Positions 63,344 to 64,000 of a DNA stretch of 64,000 nt are shown here, piece after piece. Positions within the stretch are counted from its first letter, which is position 1; each line of letters starts with the position of its first letter. Below the pieces are notes generated by a model. The model ran no database searches. It worked only from the letters and a program-made list of their open reading frames with translations, and had not been told where the DNA came from. This DNA is from an uncultured Eubacteriales bacterium (GTDB lineage Bacteria > Bacillota > Clostridia > Oscillospirales > Acutalibacteraceae): assembly GCA_934457415.1 (NCBI GenBank), contig CAKSHM010000006.1, positions 109,623-173,622 of the forward strand, read 5' to 3'. Made by a program: the position numbers and the translations under genes.

Positions 63344-64000
63344 AGCTTAATCACCCTGAATGCCGACGCTCTTATAAGACGGTTATATACCGCAAGCCCG
63401 ACTCCGCTTTTTGACGGCGCATGGACAAAAAGCTTTTGAACATTCAAGCCGTCCGCGTCACGAAGAGCGGAAAAGACATTTTTGGCAAGCGTTGCTTCGT
63501 CAGCCTCTGTTCCGTAAGCAATGAAGGGAATTTTTATCAAATTCTTTTCCTCTTCAAAGCACAAAGCGGCGCAATTTTCCGAATTGTTTATATACTCGCA
63601 GAATTTTTCATTTGAGCCTTCTATTAAATAGGTTTCGGTCTTAGGCGCGTAATGCTTATATTTCATTCCGGGGGATGAAACCTTAGCGCCGCTTTCAAGC
63701 TTTGAAAGCACCGCCTTATCTATTTCAATATCGGGAAGAATTTTTTTCAGCTGCTCTAATGTTACAGCCCCCGGTCTTAAAAGCCGCGGTTTTTCGGCAG
63801 CAAGCGTGATAACCGTGGATTCTACGCCTACGTCGCAGTTTCCCGCAAGAGCAATGCAGTCCGCCCTGCCGTTCATATCGGCAAGAACATATTTAGGCTC
63901 TGTAGGGCTCGGCGAACCCGAAAGATTTGCTGAGGGCGCCGCAAGCGGAATACCTGCTTCGGCAATTATATCATGCGCCTCCTTTTTAGACGGCATTCTT
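63340..64000 (-). CDS. tsaC: L-threonylcarbamoyladenylate synthase (Sua5/YwlC type), C-terminal part; the N-terminus lies beyond the window end
   Basis: PLAAPSANLSGSPSPT and the C-terminal Sua5 domain. The frame is open to the window edge, so the track ATG at 63996 is internal. Confidence 0.85.
   Translation of the reverse strand, partial: RMPSKKEAHDIIAEAGIPLAAPSANLSGSPSPTEPKYVLADMNGRADCIALAGNCDVGVESTVITLAAEKPRLLRPGAVTLEQLKKILPDIEIDKAVLSKLESGAKVSSPGMKYKHYAPKTETYLIEGSNEKFCEYINNSENCAALCFEEEKNLIKIPFIAYGTEADEATLAKNVFSALRDADGLNVQKLFVHAPSKSGVGLAVYNRLIRASAFRVIKL

Noticed and set aside
1-64000. I looked for prophage, integrase, transposase, CRISPR-Cas, restriction-modification, retron/RT or other defence-island content, and for a replication origin.
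   Set aside because: No ORF in the track shows the corresponding signatures. The only toxin-immunity-like content is the decayed RNase/barstar pair.

Overview
The window looks like a chromosomal, mostly housekeeping segment of a low-GC Firmicute. Gene content suggests class Clostridia (Oscillospiraceae/Ruminococcaceae-like); this is an inference from content, not a database hit. Supporting content includes an rnfCDGEAB operon, PFOR (nifJ), ppdK, an IspH-S1 fusion and tandem gltX/glnS.

Coding content in order:
- M16-like peptidase (partial), nrdR, gltX, glnS, NIF3.
- A decayed RNase/barstar islet, then a CE4 deacetylase and an XRE regulator.
- rnfCDGEAB plus a TfoX-N protein, ispH-rpsA fusion, cmk, and a HI0933-type flavoprotein.
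- A membrane protein / J-domain protein / DUF5685 trio.
- A sugar ABC uptake system plus malQ, then rpsF-ssb-rpsR, coaX plus a membrane protein, and ppdK.
- kdgK-eda with a divergent IclR regulator.
- A marR-ABC-ABC exporter operon.
- ftsE-ftsX-M23 peptidase-VanZ-coiled-coil cluster, a PucR regulator and nifJ.
- A BMP-family nucleoside ABC system, then xpt behind a guanine riboswitch.
- sdaAB/sdaAA, TetR plus oleate hydratase, GNAT, tRNA-Ser(CGA).
- DHHW plus MBOAT, an M18 aminopeptidase, coaE and tsaC (partial).

I found no recognisable multi-gene defence, CRISPR, prophage or transposase module. The unusual material is non-coding:
1. A 272-bp TA-flanked MITE whose inverted termini mimic a tRNA T-arm. 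It splits a barstar-like gene that sits next to a 48-codon barnase/RNase Sa remnant.
2. A second TA-flanked 274-bp hairpin-rich element family, with one long copy, one 65-bp mini copy, and a solo terminus of the first family abutting the long copy.
3. A 28-bp terminator hairpin duplicated around a 230-bp insert.
4. A ~160-190 bp repeat that starts with heptamer microsatellites and brackets the marR-ABC-ABC module in direct orientation.
5. An unassigned structured leader with its own terminator between tRNA-Ser and the GNAT gene.

All coordinates of non-ORF features were hand-counted and may be off by 1-3 nt. No homology search, covariance model or folding program was run.
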